From Octopus vulgaris (taxonomy: Eukaryota), in the NCBI GenBank assembly GCA_951406725.2, contig OX597833.1:15004001-15068000 (forward strand): a stretch of DNA of 64,000 nucleotides, written 5' to 3'. The notes under the pieces are model-generated. The model was not told the origin of the DNA and made no database searches. It saw nothing but the letters and a program-made list of their open reading frames with translations. The translations under genes and the position numbers were made by a program. Every line of letters starts with the position of its first letter. The first letter of the stretch is position 1. Of this stretch, positions 39,244-52,833 are shown in pieces.

Positions 39244-40674
39244 GACGTGATGCATTTATTTCAACGTTCTAATGATTCTATCAATGTACCGTTTTCAATA
39301 GAAAGAATAACACCAATTGTAATATGTACAAAAATATTTTGAGCAGCTAAAACAGTAGCAGCGCAAGGGTTTCAACGTCAGTACTATCAAACAGCCTAAA
39401 ACAACGATTTTGCTAGACGTTTATTATGGAATCTGGAGCTAATAGACAACATCTGAATGACATACGAAGAACTGCCCTCCCTGGAATCCCTCCGACATCC
39501 AAGTTAGCTGCCAGTACTACAAGCAGTAAAAGGCAACTACAATGGTAACATTAGCATAAAGGCTACAGCAAAAGCGCTACAATTGACACAATAATAGATG
39601 TATAGAACTGTAGAAAGGAAAGGATGACGAATGTTGATGAGGACTAATCAAAAGTTTATAAGCACATATTGCTAAGTTACCGTAGAAAAGTGATCTGTGT
39701 AATCCTAAGATCACTGTGCAACTCTTAATACTTGGTAAAAAAGAGAAACCAAAATGCGAAACAAAAGGTACGTTTATCTCCGTTTAAAATAACGATAATG
39801 AAATTTTGCTACGTAAAAGCGCGTAGCCTGGGAGCGGCTTGTAAACAACACTTCCATAACGATATCAAGTCTTTTGATGTAGATGTGTTATCTACATCAA
39901 AGGATATAATATCAATATGCAAATAAATTTTCTTTTTTCTAAGCCGCTTCCAAGTTACGCGGTTTTACGCAACAAATTTCTTTAAGCAACAATTTTCGGG
40001 ATACAAGTAATCTTGATTGTTCTCGTGAACTACCAAATACTGTAGAGACGATAGAAAATATTGGAGATAGCACTACGTAGTATTTTAAAAACCTAACAAT
40101 CTATTCCCCCTAGAGATATCACCAGTAAAACGATATCCTGTTAAATAATAAATCTACGTTCGTTTGATAAATATCGTGGAAAACGCCTTAAGGGATTTAA
40201 CAAGTATCTGAGACAAGTATCAAACTGTCTTAAAGGGTTGGCGTAAGATGGTATTTTACATGCATTTGTGTACAAACAGAGCCTAGAAATGCACACAGCA
40301 ACAACAAACACACATACATGGAAATACACACACATACGCACAAGTGATAAAGGAGCAATCAGTTGAAAGATTTGTTGTAGAATGGATTATTTCCGCTGTG
40401 TTTTAGATGGTGGTGTGACGCGAAAATCAACCACGGATAGTAAATGGTTGAAAAGAATATTGTTTTGCTGGTGTGAATATCTGAAAATTATGATATGAAA
40501 TTCTAAGGTCCTGTGGATGTCTGCTTCAAGAGTGATTCCATTCAAATATTTCAGGTAAAATAATTTTTGGACTTAGTATTTGCAAAGCATAAGAGCTTTT
40601 TCGATGCTGGTTGTAAATTGTCTTTTATTCCTAATGTTATTGCAAAAAGTTTGGTATTATGTCATTCGTTGCAT

Positions 40675-41295
40675 GGCGGCGAGCTGGCAGAAACGTTAGC
40701 ACGCCGGATAAAATGCTTAGCGGTGTTTCGTCTGCCGTTACGTTCTGAGTTCAAATTCCGCCGAGTTCGACTTTGCCTTTCATCCTTTCGAGGTCGATAA
40801 ATTAAGTACCAGTTACGCAACTGGGGTCGATATAATCGACTTAATCCGTTTGTCTGTCCTTGTTTGTCCTCTCTGTGTTTAGCCCCTTGTGAGTAGTAAA
40901 GAAATTGGTATTTCGTCTGCCGCTACGTTCTGAGTTCAAATTCCGCCGAGGTCGACTTTGCTTTTTATCCTTTCGGGATCGATTAAAATAAGTACCAGTT
41001 ACGCACTGGGGTCAATGTACTCGACTCAATCCATCTGTTTGTCCTTGTTTGTCTCCTCTGTGTTTAGCCCCTTGTAGGCAATAAAGAAATAAAGAAAATG
41101 TTAGCACGCCGGGTAAAATGCTTGGTGGTATTTCGTCTGTCTTTACGTTCTCAGTTCCAATTCCGCCGAGGTCGACTTTGCCTTTCATCCTTTCGGGGTC
41201 GATAAATTAAGCACCAGTTGCGTACTCGTGTGATTCTAATCGACTGGCCCCTCTACACCAAAATTCCGCGCTTTGTGCCTAGAGTAGAAAAGATA
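40675..41295 (+). mobile_element. SINE family B: head + 2 units + alternative-tail monomer
   Basis: Homology. Confidence 0.9.
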
Positions 41296-42167
41296 ACGTC
41301 ATTTGCCTATCATATTAGTCGGGATATCTAACGACAAAATCAATTATAACCTTACTTGCGTGGTGAGAATGAGTGTGACGTCGAAGACGAATAATGACCG
41401 CTGAGTAAGTGAAGTTTGTTCATATTGATAGTGTGTGTGTGATTTAAAAAATATGTGTATTAGCCCAGTTTACCTTACATCACATTGAATCAACAGGTAA
41501 CATTCTACATTTGTTGGCAGGTGTTAAACAGGAATTTAATAAGCGATCAACAGATATTTACGGATTCAGGTGTAGTTTAAAGACAATTAGTTATCTTCTA
41601 GAATTTTGAAATTTTTCCTGCGACTGTAACTTTAATAAGAATGAATTGTTAAAAGAGGCGACTCAAATATTTTGTAAATACTCGATGCCATGATGTATTG
41701 AACTGTATATTTGCCTTAAGAAATACAATCTCTCGCGATCGTATTTAATATTTCCCATTAACGACCTTATTAAGTGCTCCGAGCGCTGTTCATATGAACA
41801 GGGCACTTCTTTTGAAAGCCCTGAAATCTGAGAATTTTCAAATAGCCGAATTGTTCATATGTCGAAGACATCTTATCGGCCCCCATCGAATATATATCAT
41901 CGTTATAATGGAAGACTTGACTCGAAAATGGATGTTTGAGTAACCATGATATTGTATTACGCCTCTATTTAGTGACAGTAAAAAACTACACCCGGTTGTA
42001 AATTATAATTAATTCATTTAAAGCGTAGAAATTTCGGATTTGAAAATTCTTATGGATTAAAGATTATAGCTGCTTGAAAAAGTGATGATAGGAGATGCGT
42101 GGTTTCTTTTGCATTAAGAAAAAGGGAAAAACCTTTCCAATTTTAAAGAGGCTCGGAATATTAAACA

Positions 42168-42562
42168 CTAGCAGTATCGCCCGGCGTTGATCGGGTTTGT
42201 AAGGGAAATAACTATATAAGCATTTTTAGAGAGTTATAGCAAAAAAATAGCAAAAAAATGCATTAAAAATAGGAAAAAATGATGGTAAATTTTTTTTAAT
42301 CGTTGACTCATCGTAGATATTTTTAGAGAGTTACTTCCCTTATATAATAGCGAAAAAATGCATTAAAATGGAAGAAAATGATGGTAATTTTTTTTTTAAA
42401 TTGTAGACTCATCGTAGACGCGCACTAATACCCAGAAGGGCTCGATATGAATCAGGACTATAAGATACCCGGTTTTGGTTAAACTGCACCGTAAAATGTG
42501 GGAGTAGTTAGGAATCTAAATCGTAGGAGACAGACACACAACCTCACTTTTATATATAATGA
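42168..42562 (-). mobile_element. Non-autonomous Helitron
   Basis: 5' TC / 3' hairpin + CTAG on the minus strand, A|T target; largely homologous to 48708-49107. Confidence 0.88.
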
Positions 42563-42589
42563 TATCTCGTTTAATATTAGCAAGAGATC

Positions 42590-43330
42590 AGGCTACAAGG
42601 TAGCAGAATCGGTAGCGCGCCGGACAAAATGCTTACCGGCATTTCCTGCGTCTTTACGATTTGAGTTCAAATTTCGACGAGGTCGACTTTTCCTTTCATC
42701 TATTCGAGGTCGATAAAATGAGTTCCAAATGAATACAGGGGTCGATGCAATCGACTTCACACCTTCCCTGAAATTCCATGGCCTTGTGCCAAAATATCAA
42801 ACCAATATGAACCAGAGATAGAGCGGCGAGCTGACAGAAACGTTAGCACGCCGGGCGAAATGCTTAGCGGTATTTCGTCTGCCATTACGTTCTGAGTTCA
42901 AATTTCGCCGTGGTCCACTTTGCCTTTCATCCTTTCGGGGTCGATAAATAAAGTACCAGTTACGCACTGGGGTTGATGTAATCGACTTAATACCTATGTC
43001 TGTCCTTGTTTGTCCCCTCTGTGTTTAGCCCCTTGTGGGTAATAAAGAAATAGGTATTTCGTCTGCCATTACGTTCTGAGTTCAAATTCCGCCGTGGTCG
43101 ACTTTGTGTTTCATCCTTTCGGGGTCGATAAATTAAGTACCAGTTACGCACTCGGGTCGATGTAATCGACTTAATACCTTTGTCTGTCCTTGTTTGTCCC
43201 CTCTGTGTTTAGCACCTTGTGGGTAATAAAAGAAATAGATATGCACGCTGGCCGAACAAAATACTTAGCATAATTTCTTCCGAGTCTTTACGTTCTGGGT
43301 TCGAATGCCGCAAAAATCTTCTTTGCTTTT
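42590..43330 (+). mobile_element. SINE family B: old monomer (42590-42805), young dimer (42823-43238), old fragment
   Basis: Homology. Confidence 0.88.
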
Positions 43331-43419
43331 GACTGTTTCGGAGGCAATACAATTGCTTTCGCTTCTCAAATTCTAAGTCTCTTTTCTCAAAGTCAGGTAT
43401 AATCAATGGCGTCTTTTAT

Positions 43420-43678
43420 CAGCTTCAGTCATTGGAAACCGTGCTGAGGCATCGCCTTGGAAAACTCTTCGTCGAATCAATCGACTGCAGTTCTTGTACT
43501 TTTATAACCCTGGAACTTGCTGTGTTAATCTCATTGATTCGGTCTTTTACTGACGAACTGCTACGTTACAGGAACGTAAAAAACCAACATAGGTTGCATA
43601 GATTGCCAAGCGGCGATGAATGACAAACACATACATACATACATGTGTGTGTATATATATACATACACAAACACACAT

Positions 43679-43710
<32 letters not shown>

Positions 43711-44027
43711 TGATATATATACATATATACACACACATATATACATACACACATACGCACGCACACCTACACACCACCCCATATATATATACACAGATAT
43801 ACATACATATATACACACACATATATATACATATATATATATATGGGGTGGTGTGTAGGTGTGCGTGCGTATGTGTGTATGTATATACGACGGGCTACAC
43901 CACTCACTAAGCTTTGGTCGGCCTAAGGCTATAGAAGAAGGCACTTGCTCGAGGTGGCACGCACTGCGACCGAACACGGAGTCGTATGGTTGGGAACCAA
44001 CCTCATTACAACAAAGCCACGCCTACG
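43420..44027 (-). mobile_element. Strongly diverged SINE family A with expanded internal (CA/TA)n
   Basis: TATACGACGGGC...CTTTGGTCGGCCTAAGGCTATAGAAGAAGGCACTTGC...AGCCACGCCT. Confidence 0.75.
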
Positions 44028-44189
44028 TTCGTGTGTTTTGAAATATTTGATAGCAAGGTAATTACAGGAGAGATATAGTCTCTATATTATTGTTAACAAG
44101 AGATGTGCGTTCGTAGAAATCTGAATGATAGTATTAACAAAAGAAAGGTGTTATAATTATAACATCTATGTTAACGCTTACCTGACCTC

Positions 44190-44406
44190 TTACTCTCTTT
44201 TACTCTTTTACTTGTTTCAGTCATTTGACTGCGACCATGCTGGAGCACCGCCTTTAGTCGAGCAAATCGACCCCGGGATTTATTCTTTTGTAAGGTCAGT
44301 ACTTATTCTATCGGTCTCTTTTGTCAAACCGCTAGATAACGGGGACATAAACACACAAACAATGCTAGGGGGACAAACATAGACACACAAACATACACGC
44401 ACACAA

Positions 44407-44450
<44 letters not shown>

Positions 44451-44610
44451 GACAGGCCTCTTTCAGTTTCCCTCTACCAAATCCACTCACAAGGCATTGG
44501 TTGGCCCGGGGCTATAGAAGAAGACACTTGCCCAAGATGCCACGCAGTGGGACTGAACCCGGAACCATGTAGTTGGTAAACAAGCTACTTACAACACAGC
44601 CACTCCTGCG

Positions 44611-44612
<2 letters not shown>
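44190..44612 (-). mobile_element. SINE family A
   Basis: Reverse-complement homology. Confidence 0.92.
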
Positions 44613-44665
<53 letters not shown>

Positions 44666-45558
44666 ACAGTGGACGATATTGCGTACTCAGTCTTTTCTTA
44701 ATAGGGTTTTGATAATTTCTTCTGATTTGTAGCTCTCGAAATGTGAGTGTTCCATATTTTTGTCAGTCATATTTTACTTCATATCTTAACATACACTTTA
44801 TTTATTGCAACATTTTCATGTTTTTTCTCCTCTTCTTTGATACTATTTTCTTTGTTTCCAATTTCCTCGCTACTTTTGTCTCACTCATACATTTTTATAC
44901 CTACTATATTACGACTTTTAACAAAGAAGTTTTCCATGAAATCAACTTTTCAGTTGCCGAGTAGAGGATTATGAGTTTAAAGACACGGAAATGCATGGCG
45001 AAACAATAACAATCTGAGTATTTAATGCGCATTGTTTTGTGTGTACATTGTGAAGATAACATGGCTTACAAGACTGTAATCCACTTGGAGTTAAATATCA
45101 CGTAAATGATCATTATTTCCATCATTCTTGTGACTTAATGGAATACATACATATTATATATAACTATACTCTCCACAATTGTTCTGCGGCGTTATGTAAT
45201 GATTGTTATGTAGATCTAATGATAGTACATCGACCTTGCGTTACTTCAGGCAACTGTTGTCATAATTATATGAGGAACGACGTTAAGCCTGAAGCAGGAC
45301 ATACGTTATTCGAATAATGCTGTAGTTCGTAGGTGATATTTCTTCTATTAGAAAAGAAAAAACTGCAGCCATTTTCCTTGTCAGATCTTAGGAGAAAATA
45401 TGTTTTCAAGACTGGAATGGAAACACGACAAAATTGTAGATAAAATATCCCGGTGCAGCAGGTATTACTGTGACACTTAGAATCTCTTGTGCATCACATG
45501 GTTTCGGATTCAATTCCATTCTGCAGCGCATACATACATATATACATATATACATACA

Positions 45559-45589
<31 letters not shown>

Positions 45590-46338
45590 GTAATTGTTGA
45601 TGACGATCTCAGTTGGAGTATACACATCAACAATAAGGTCGATATAGCTCGTAGGATGAGGTCCTGGATCTTAAGAACTTTCCGGTCCAGAGAACAAGGT
45701 GTCATCATACCACTTTTCTCCTCCTTTGTACGGCCACGTCTCGAATACTGCTGCCCACTGTGGTCTCCCCATACAAGACAAAACATCTCGAGGATTGAAT
45801 CACCCCAGAGGGCACTCACTAAACGAATTGAAGGCATGGCTGCTCTCGATTATTGGGACCGCCTTAAAGCCTTGAAACTCTACTCTCTCTCCAGCGTCGC
45901 CATGAGCGGTGCATCATTTGTACGATGTGGAGAATATACCGCCAACTTTGCCCAAACGACCTGAACATTAGATACAAGTTTCATTCAAGACTGGGACCAC
46001 GGGTCATACGTCCCCTGCCCAATTCAAGATCTCAGCATACATGTACGCTGCAACATAATTTCTTTTCCTCAAGAGGCCCTGCCCTATTTAACATTGTCCC
46101 GAAAGAGATCAAAGAGGAAAAGGATCCCATCAAATTTAAACGGAGTCTGGATGGATTCCTTCAAGGAATACCAGATAAGCCACCCATAATTGGATACAAC
46201 TCACCCAACAAAAACTCACTATTTGAATGCACCATAAAGGAAACTTGACTCAAACAGGATTCAGATAATCCTATCAGGTGGTGCTATTAAGTTAGACATG
46301 GCCTGGACCAATCTTTGGTTGAAACATATCTAAGTTTT
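45590..46338 (+). mobile_element. 5'-truncated CR1-like LINE (RT C-terminal region + 3' UTR)
   Basis: DDDLSWSIHI...FVRPRLEYCCPLWSPH...IESPQRALTKRI...YWDRLKALKLYS, frameshift near 45888, then GPALFN...FKRSLDGFL..IPDKP. Confidence 0.92.
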
Positions 46339-46343
46339 ATATA

Positions 46344-46794
46344 TAACTTAGAATAACTTAGAAAGGTTTTGGCAAGTATTGGCCCATGCCTTGTCTAACT
46401 TAATAGCACCACCTGGTGAAGTCTTCCAATTCAGGATTTGGGCACCAAGGCCCATTCGAGCAGAGAGTTATTGTTTGCGGAGACATATCCAGGTGTGGGT
46501 GGTTTGTCCGGGACTGTTTGAAGGAATTTGTTCAAAGACTTCTCGAATTTTGTGTGGTCAGTTTCTGTTTTGACGTGTCCTGGTGTAATGTTGAAGAAAG
46601 CGGGTCCAATTGAGGTGAAATAATTGTGCCGTATTGTTGTTATGAGATGCGATTTAGATTTTTGTTGTGGACGGATGGCCTGTGGTCCAAGCCTTGGATG
46701 TATTTTGAAGGTGATGCCAACATAATCCGGACAGCGCTGATGGAATATTCTCCACATCATACAGAAAATGTAGCGTTCACGGCGTCGTTGGAGT

Positions 46795-46797
<3 letters not shown>
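46344..46797 (-). mobile_element. 5'-truncated CR1-like LINE, second subfamily, tail-to-tail with the previous one
   Basis: [17 protein letters not shown]...GPAFFN...[17 protein letters not shown]...NSLLEW; same 3' UTR motif. Confidence 0.92.
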
Positions 46798-47167
<370 letters not shown>

Positions 47168-47410
47168 TATGGGTACGGGTCGTCACATTACGAAATACGA
47201 AGACAACATGAAATACGAAGGCAAACTTAAGTATGCGAACAACGAGAGAAACAAATGGAAAACAAAGCAAATAAGATAAAAAAAACGAACCTCCATCACT
47301 TGTCGGCTGTTAATCTACTCCACATTTCAAGCAATTATCGACAGTATGAGGCTTCGATAAAGAGTTGCTCGTGCAAACCAAAATAAAATTTGGGATTTGC
47401 AGAGGCTCAA

Positions 47411-47545
47411 AGTTTATCAGCCGAGTCTATCGTTAATATCGTCACGCCTCATTCCTTCAAATGAGAAGGAAGAGCTATTTCATCATACTTGTGGCTATGG
47501 CGAAAGAACGTGTCTGGTGGACGCGTCTGAAGTCATGTCGGTTCT
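47411..47545 (+). mobile_element. L1/Tx1-like LINE ORF2 C-terminal fragment
   Basis: LSAESIVNIVTP...IILVAMAKERVWWTRLK; overlaps the minus-strand fragment at 49727-49860 in sequence. Confidence 0.6.
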
Positions 47546-47973
47546 CCTGGGAATTTTTTCCCAAAATATACGATGCAGACGTTAAAGAACTACGGATTGT
47601 TCAAGGCTTTAGTAGAAAAATCATGTTCAAGGCTTTAGCAGAAAAATTAACAAAACATTTGGATTTTTAAATGTTACCAGGCAAATTTCTGAACAGCAGA
47701 AATACCTTGGTACATATGAAATACTAGTAAGAAATTGAAAGCTGTTGCTGGTTCAGAAGTCTTTAACTAGCAGTCATGTAATCAGAGTACAACAGGTAGA
47801 ACTGAATGAAAAGCTTATGAAGGAGAATTATATTCACAGAGTACATAATAAACGAAGTACACAGACACGATCATATATAAAATACTTCGTCATAGAGGAC
47901 CAAATTCAATAGATGGACTTTGACTCTGCTTTGAATACAGGCTCTGTTTACATATCATTTATATATTTTTAAA

Positions 47974-48361
47974 GTGGAGGCACAATGGCCCAGTGGTTCG
48001 GGTAGCGGACTCGCGGTCATAGGATCGCGGTTTCGATTCCCAGACCGGGCGTTGTGAGTGTTTATTGAGCGAAAACACCTAAAGCTCCACGAGGCTCCGG
48101 CAGGGGATGGTGGTGATCCCTGCTGTACTCTTTCACCACAACTTTCTCACACTCTTACTTCCTGTTTCTGTTGTACCTGTATTTCAAAGGGCCGGCCTTG
48201 TCACTCTCTGTGTCACGCTGAATATCCCCGAGAACTACGTTAAGGGTGCACGTGTCTGCGGAGTGCTCAGCCACTTAGACGTTAATTTCACGAGCAGGCT
48301 GTTCCGTTGATTCGGATCAACCGGAACCATCGTCGTCGTAACCGACGGAGTGCTTCCATCC
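47974..48361 (+). mobile_element. SINE family C, full length
   Basis: Homology; TSD ATATATTTTTA (47961/48366). Confidence 0.93.
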
Positions 48362-48707
48362 AGCCATATATTTTTAGAATGTAACCATGGCTTACATAGA
48401 AACATATTGGTGATTGTGAAATATCTAAGGAGTACAATCCACATTTTGTACTTTCTTCCTCCCTAATTGTACAAAGACAGTGAGACGCTAATTGTAACCA
48501 TTAGCGTCTCACCGTCTTTGTTTCTCAGGATGATGAAGACAGACACCATTACGTCACATCGAAGACTACACTTGCTAGTCACCGACAGCACCAGTATTGT
48601 GCAATTCCTTGTAAAACTACCATGTATCTACATCTCTGAAAATAACGATTATTGGAGCTATATTTCGATGTAAACAGAAGCCCTTCGCTAACACAATATA
48701 TCTGATA

Positions 48708-49107
48708 TCTTTATATATAAAAGTGAAGTTGTGTGAGTGTCTGTCTCCTACGATTTAGATTCCTAACTACTCCCACATTTTGCGGTGCAGTTTAACCAAA
48801 AGCGGGTATCTTATAGTCGTGATTCATATCGAGCCCTTCCGGGTATTAGCGCGCGTCTACGATGAGTCTACGATTTAAAAAAAAAATCACCATAATTTTT
48901 TCCCATTTTTAATGCATTTTTTTGCTATTATATAAGGTAAGTAACTCTCTAAAAATGTATTATTAAATCTCAGAACGTATAAAAGCTACAGTAACACGCC
49001 CCTTTGTGGTTAGCCATATTGAGATAGCTATTATACTTTACATCTCTAAAAATGCTTATATTGTTATTTCCCTTACAAACCCGAGCAACGCCGGGCGATA
49101 CTGCTAG
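48708..49107 (+). mobile_element. Non-autonomous Helitron
   Basis: A|TCTTTATATATAAAAG...CCCGAGCAACGCCGGG-CGATACTG-CTAG|T. Confidence 0.9.
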
Positions 49108-49532
49108 TTCTCTATAAAACAGAGAACAAAGTCGTTTCTTTTGCAGTGTTGGTTGTGCAGCGCATTTTAATTATCTCGAAAGTTAAGGAAAAGGATATCT
49201 TTTGTAGTGAGCAGCGTAAATTATTAGTTCTTATGTCTTGTCTACAGACTTTAATCATTACAAGATAAAGAGAGATTTGCACAAAATTTTATAAATGCAG
49301 AGATATCTTGACAGAGAGAAGCCAAATTAATCGCCTTTGGGATTAGCAACAGTATTATTGATACGGGAAATTATTCAAGAATTACTTCTTTCACAATTTT
49401 GGAAGAAACGTATACAAAAAGTCTCCTGTTTACAAGTAGCATACACGCATGAGTGTCGTAAAAATTGAATACTACTCACACGCAGGTAGAAGACACCAAT
49501 ACGCCCATTATATATATATATATATATATATA

Positions 49533-49726
49533 TAGTTAATCCAAACAAGAAAACACAAAAAAACACAACAACGCGAGGACGTGGAACAAATATAGTATTA
49601 TTGGACGTTCAGGAAAGAAGGAAAGAAGGAGGGTTTAACGTTTCGAGCGGAATTCTTCGTCGGAAACATAGGAGAAGGAAAGATCCAGAGAAGGGAAGAC
49701 AGAGGGAAAGAAATCACCAACGGTAC
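49533..49726 (-). mobile_element. Short (TA)n-anchored element with minimal hammerhead-like motif
   Basis: Near-identical reverse complement of 58775-58964; motif at 49633-49667. Confidence 0.7.
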
Positions 49727-49860
49727 GAGGCGTGACGATATTAACGATAGATTCGGCTGATAAACCGACAGCAGTCGTTCGACATAAGCCCACAGGTCGG
49801 AAATGGTTGGACACTGCACGAATGCGTGCAGAACGGTTTCGTCGCTCACCCCGCACAATT
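49727..49860 (-). mobile_element. L1/Tx1-like LINE zinc-knuckle fragment
   Basis: CGVSDETVLHAFVQCPTISDLWAYVERLL (C-x8-H-x4-C..W, typical of the L1/Tx1 ORF2 C-terminus). Confidence 0.75.
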
Positions 49861-50109
49861 GAATTTAAACGATATATAGGTGATAAATACAACAATTTGA
49901 GAGTAACACTTCCATTTTATATGGTTGAGACAATTCAAAATAAGGAGATAATAAATTATAGTTGTTACTAATCTAGAGGTCATACGCGTATAATCTGACA
50001 TAATATACTAATAAGGGTCACTAGAACTGCTACTGGTGCGAATGACTAAGGAAAATAGTCTAATAAAGGGGCATATAAGCCCTCGACAGAGAAAAGAAGA
50101 CTTTCCTAT

Positions 50110-50175
50110 CCGCATGGGACTCAAACCCACATCCCTTTGTTAACGCGACGAAGTGAGTTACCTCTACACATGCGA
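50110..50175 (-). other. tRNA-like sequence (SINE head or tRNA pseudogene)
   Basis: Acceptor-like stem CGCATG/CATGCG, T-arm TGGG-TTTGAGT-CCCA; D and anticodon arms imperfect. Confidence 0.55.
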
Positions 50176-51135
50176 ATTAGCCTCCCCGTTTCTGTCAAAT
50201 TTAAAAAACTATAACAGTTCGTACTTGTTTTTATGTAAACATATTTCTATATAGTTTCGTGCGAATGGTTTTTTATACAGTGCCATGTTTTACAGTCCTG
50301 TAAAGGATAATAATAATGTTCTTAATAATAATGTTTTTAATAATAATACTGTTTTTAGCTCCAGAATGAGAAAGTATTTACATTCTATTTTATGCTAGTG
50401 ATTGGATTTAATTTTCCAATTTGTTGGCATAGTTTGAATGTTGAAAAGTAATTAACGAGACATCTAGCTGTTGTTTCTTGCAAACTGAAACGTTGTTTTT
50501 ATTTGCCAAAATGTTATTGGAGACAGCGACTGAGAAAACATGTTTTCCCTCTTTCAAATCTCATCTCTTTTATCTCTTCATGAAAAGATCGAAGAAAAGG
50601 ATTTCACTATTTGTGAATGAGGTGAAGATAGATAACAGCTTATTTATATAACCCATATTGCCGTTAAACGTATGAAAATCGGAAAAATATCTTGATAATT
50701 ATAATAATGCAGGCTTTTATTTTTATTTTGCTCAGGAAGATAAAAATAGAGTTCGATTTTCAGAAGTGTGAAAACAATATAGGGTAGAAAGCTTAGAACA
50801 AGGTCCTTAAATAATGAAAGGCGAAACACTATTAACAGAATCACACGAAAATATTCATCGCGTGTAGAAAATAATGTAAACAAAAAATATGTCGTTTGAC
50901 GCTGTGCCCTGAAAGGAATATATCACAAGTTACTAAAACATTTTCGTGACAAAAAAAAAAAAGAAAGACAAGAAAAAAAAGAAAACACATAAAGACTGAA
51001 GACAATATTCCATTCAAGAACAAAATCTAGACCCAGCAATTTACAGCTAAAGTGTAGAATGTCCGTTTCAATTCATGCCAAAACTTTACTCACAAAGTTA
51101 ATTGATGAAGACAAACACAATCTAATCACGAACAC

Positions 51136-52038
51136 GCAGAGTGAAATCACTTCGGGAAAGACTAGAGAGCAACTTTAATAGCTTGTCTGTAAACTATAAC
51201 GGGGATCAATAGATCGATGAATATTATTTTTACAAAGACACGTTTAAAATTTAATACCTCTATGACCGATATCCAAACTACAGTGGAGAAGTCTAACCGC
51301 TGGATTTGCTTAAAAAGACGATGAGGGATGGCTGGAAGAATATTGAGCTTTATTTGAAAACCAGTTGATATAGCAAGTGGGGCCTCATATCAGTGAGGGG
51401 GCCGGTGCGCATTGATGCCGTCGAGAGGTAGGCGCCGAAACGGCGCGCATTCTCTCCTGATGACCCCATACGCTTGCTGGCTTCCCGTATGCGGAGTTTT
51501 TGACTGGTAGCACTTGCATGTGCAAGTTGTTTGCAAGACATCATGCAGAGTGAAATCACTTCGGGAAAGACTAGAGATCAACTTTCATATCTTGTCTGTA
51601 AACTATAATGGGGATCAATAGATCAATGAGTATTATTTTTACAAAGACACGTATAAAATTTTATACCGCCATGACCGATATCCAAACTACAGGGGAGAAG
51701 GCCAACCACTGGATTTGGTTAAAAAGACGATGAGCGATGGCTAGAAGAATATTGAGCTTTATTTGAAAACCAGTTGATATAGCAAGTGGGGCCTCATATC
51801 AGTGAGGGGGGCCGGTGCGCATTGATGCCGTCGAGAGGTAGGTCCCGAAACGGCGCGCATTCTCTCCTGATGACCCCATACGCTTGCTGGTTTCTGGTAG
51901 CACTTGCATGTGTAAGTTGTTTGCAAGACATCACGCAGAAACACTAGAGAGCAAATTTAATAGCTTGTCTGTAAACTATAACGGGGTTCAATAGATTAAT
52001 GAATATTACTTTTACAAAGACACGTATAAAATTTAATA
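51136..52038. repeat. Tandem repeat, ~409-bp unit x2.3
   Basis: Units start at 51136, 51545 and 51935; GC-rich structured core. Confidence 0.93.
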
Positions 52039-52833
52039 GTAAGAATCTAATTACAACAAACACCATAAGAATCAACAACAGGATGCAAATGAGGAAAACC
52101 CACAAAAATCATTAAATCTCAGATGTTCAATAAATTGACAAAACTGATCAGCAATCTGTTATAGCAAATAATACAGGTAACATTATCATTAGAAATACGT
52201 GAATGATATTGTCATTCATGTCCTCGGAGATTAGTCACAACGTAACGTAGTCGCCATTTTACAAAGAAAGAATGAGTACTCTGATTTATAATTTATTGAC
52301 AAAATCAATATCATCTGCAACGATTAGCGTCCTAGGGTTTATACGAATATCGATACCAATACCAGCAAAGAAATGAAAATAACATTGTCTAATATAACTC
52401 ATTATCATTTAGCCTATAATTGAGACTAGCAGAATCCAATTTGCATCATTAAATTAGAGACGCCTAACAAGCTGAACATGAAGGGTACACACGTGAGGAG
52501 AGAAATAATGAAACACTAGATCCATAGAGATGATATACATAAAATCTATTATTGCAAATGTAACACATTGGCATCGAATCGACGGTAGATAAGCTCTGAC
52601 GTGAGAACGATAATGGATTATTGATTAATAAACGTAAGGAAAAAAATTAGGATTTTTCTTAATGATGCAGACGGCTAAATGAATTTAAAGATTAATTTGA
52701 TAAGATACAAGAGACAGCAATCTACATATATTTCCCATAAAATTACAGAATTGACAATTGACTAATGAGCTTTCATTGGGAAAAATGAAGTTCAAATATT
52801 GAATAGTTCTTAACAAACATGTTTCTTATATGA

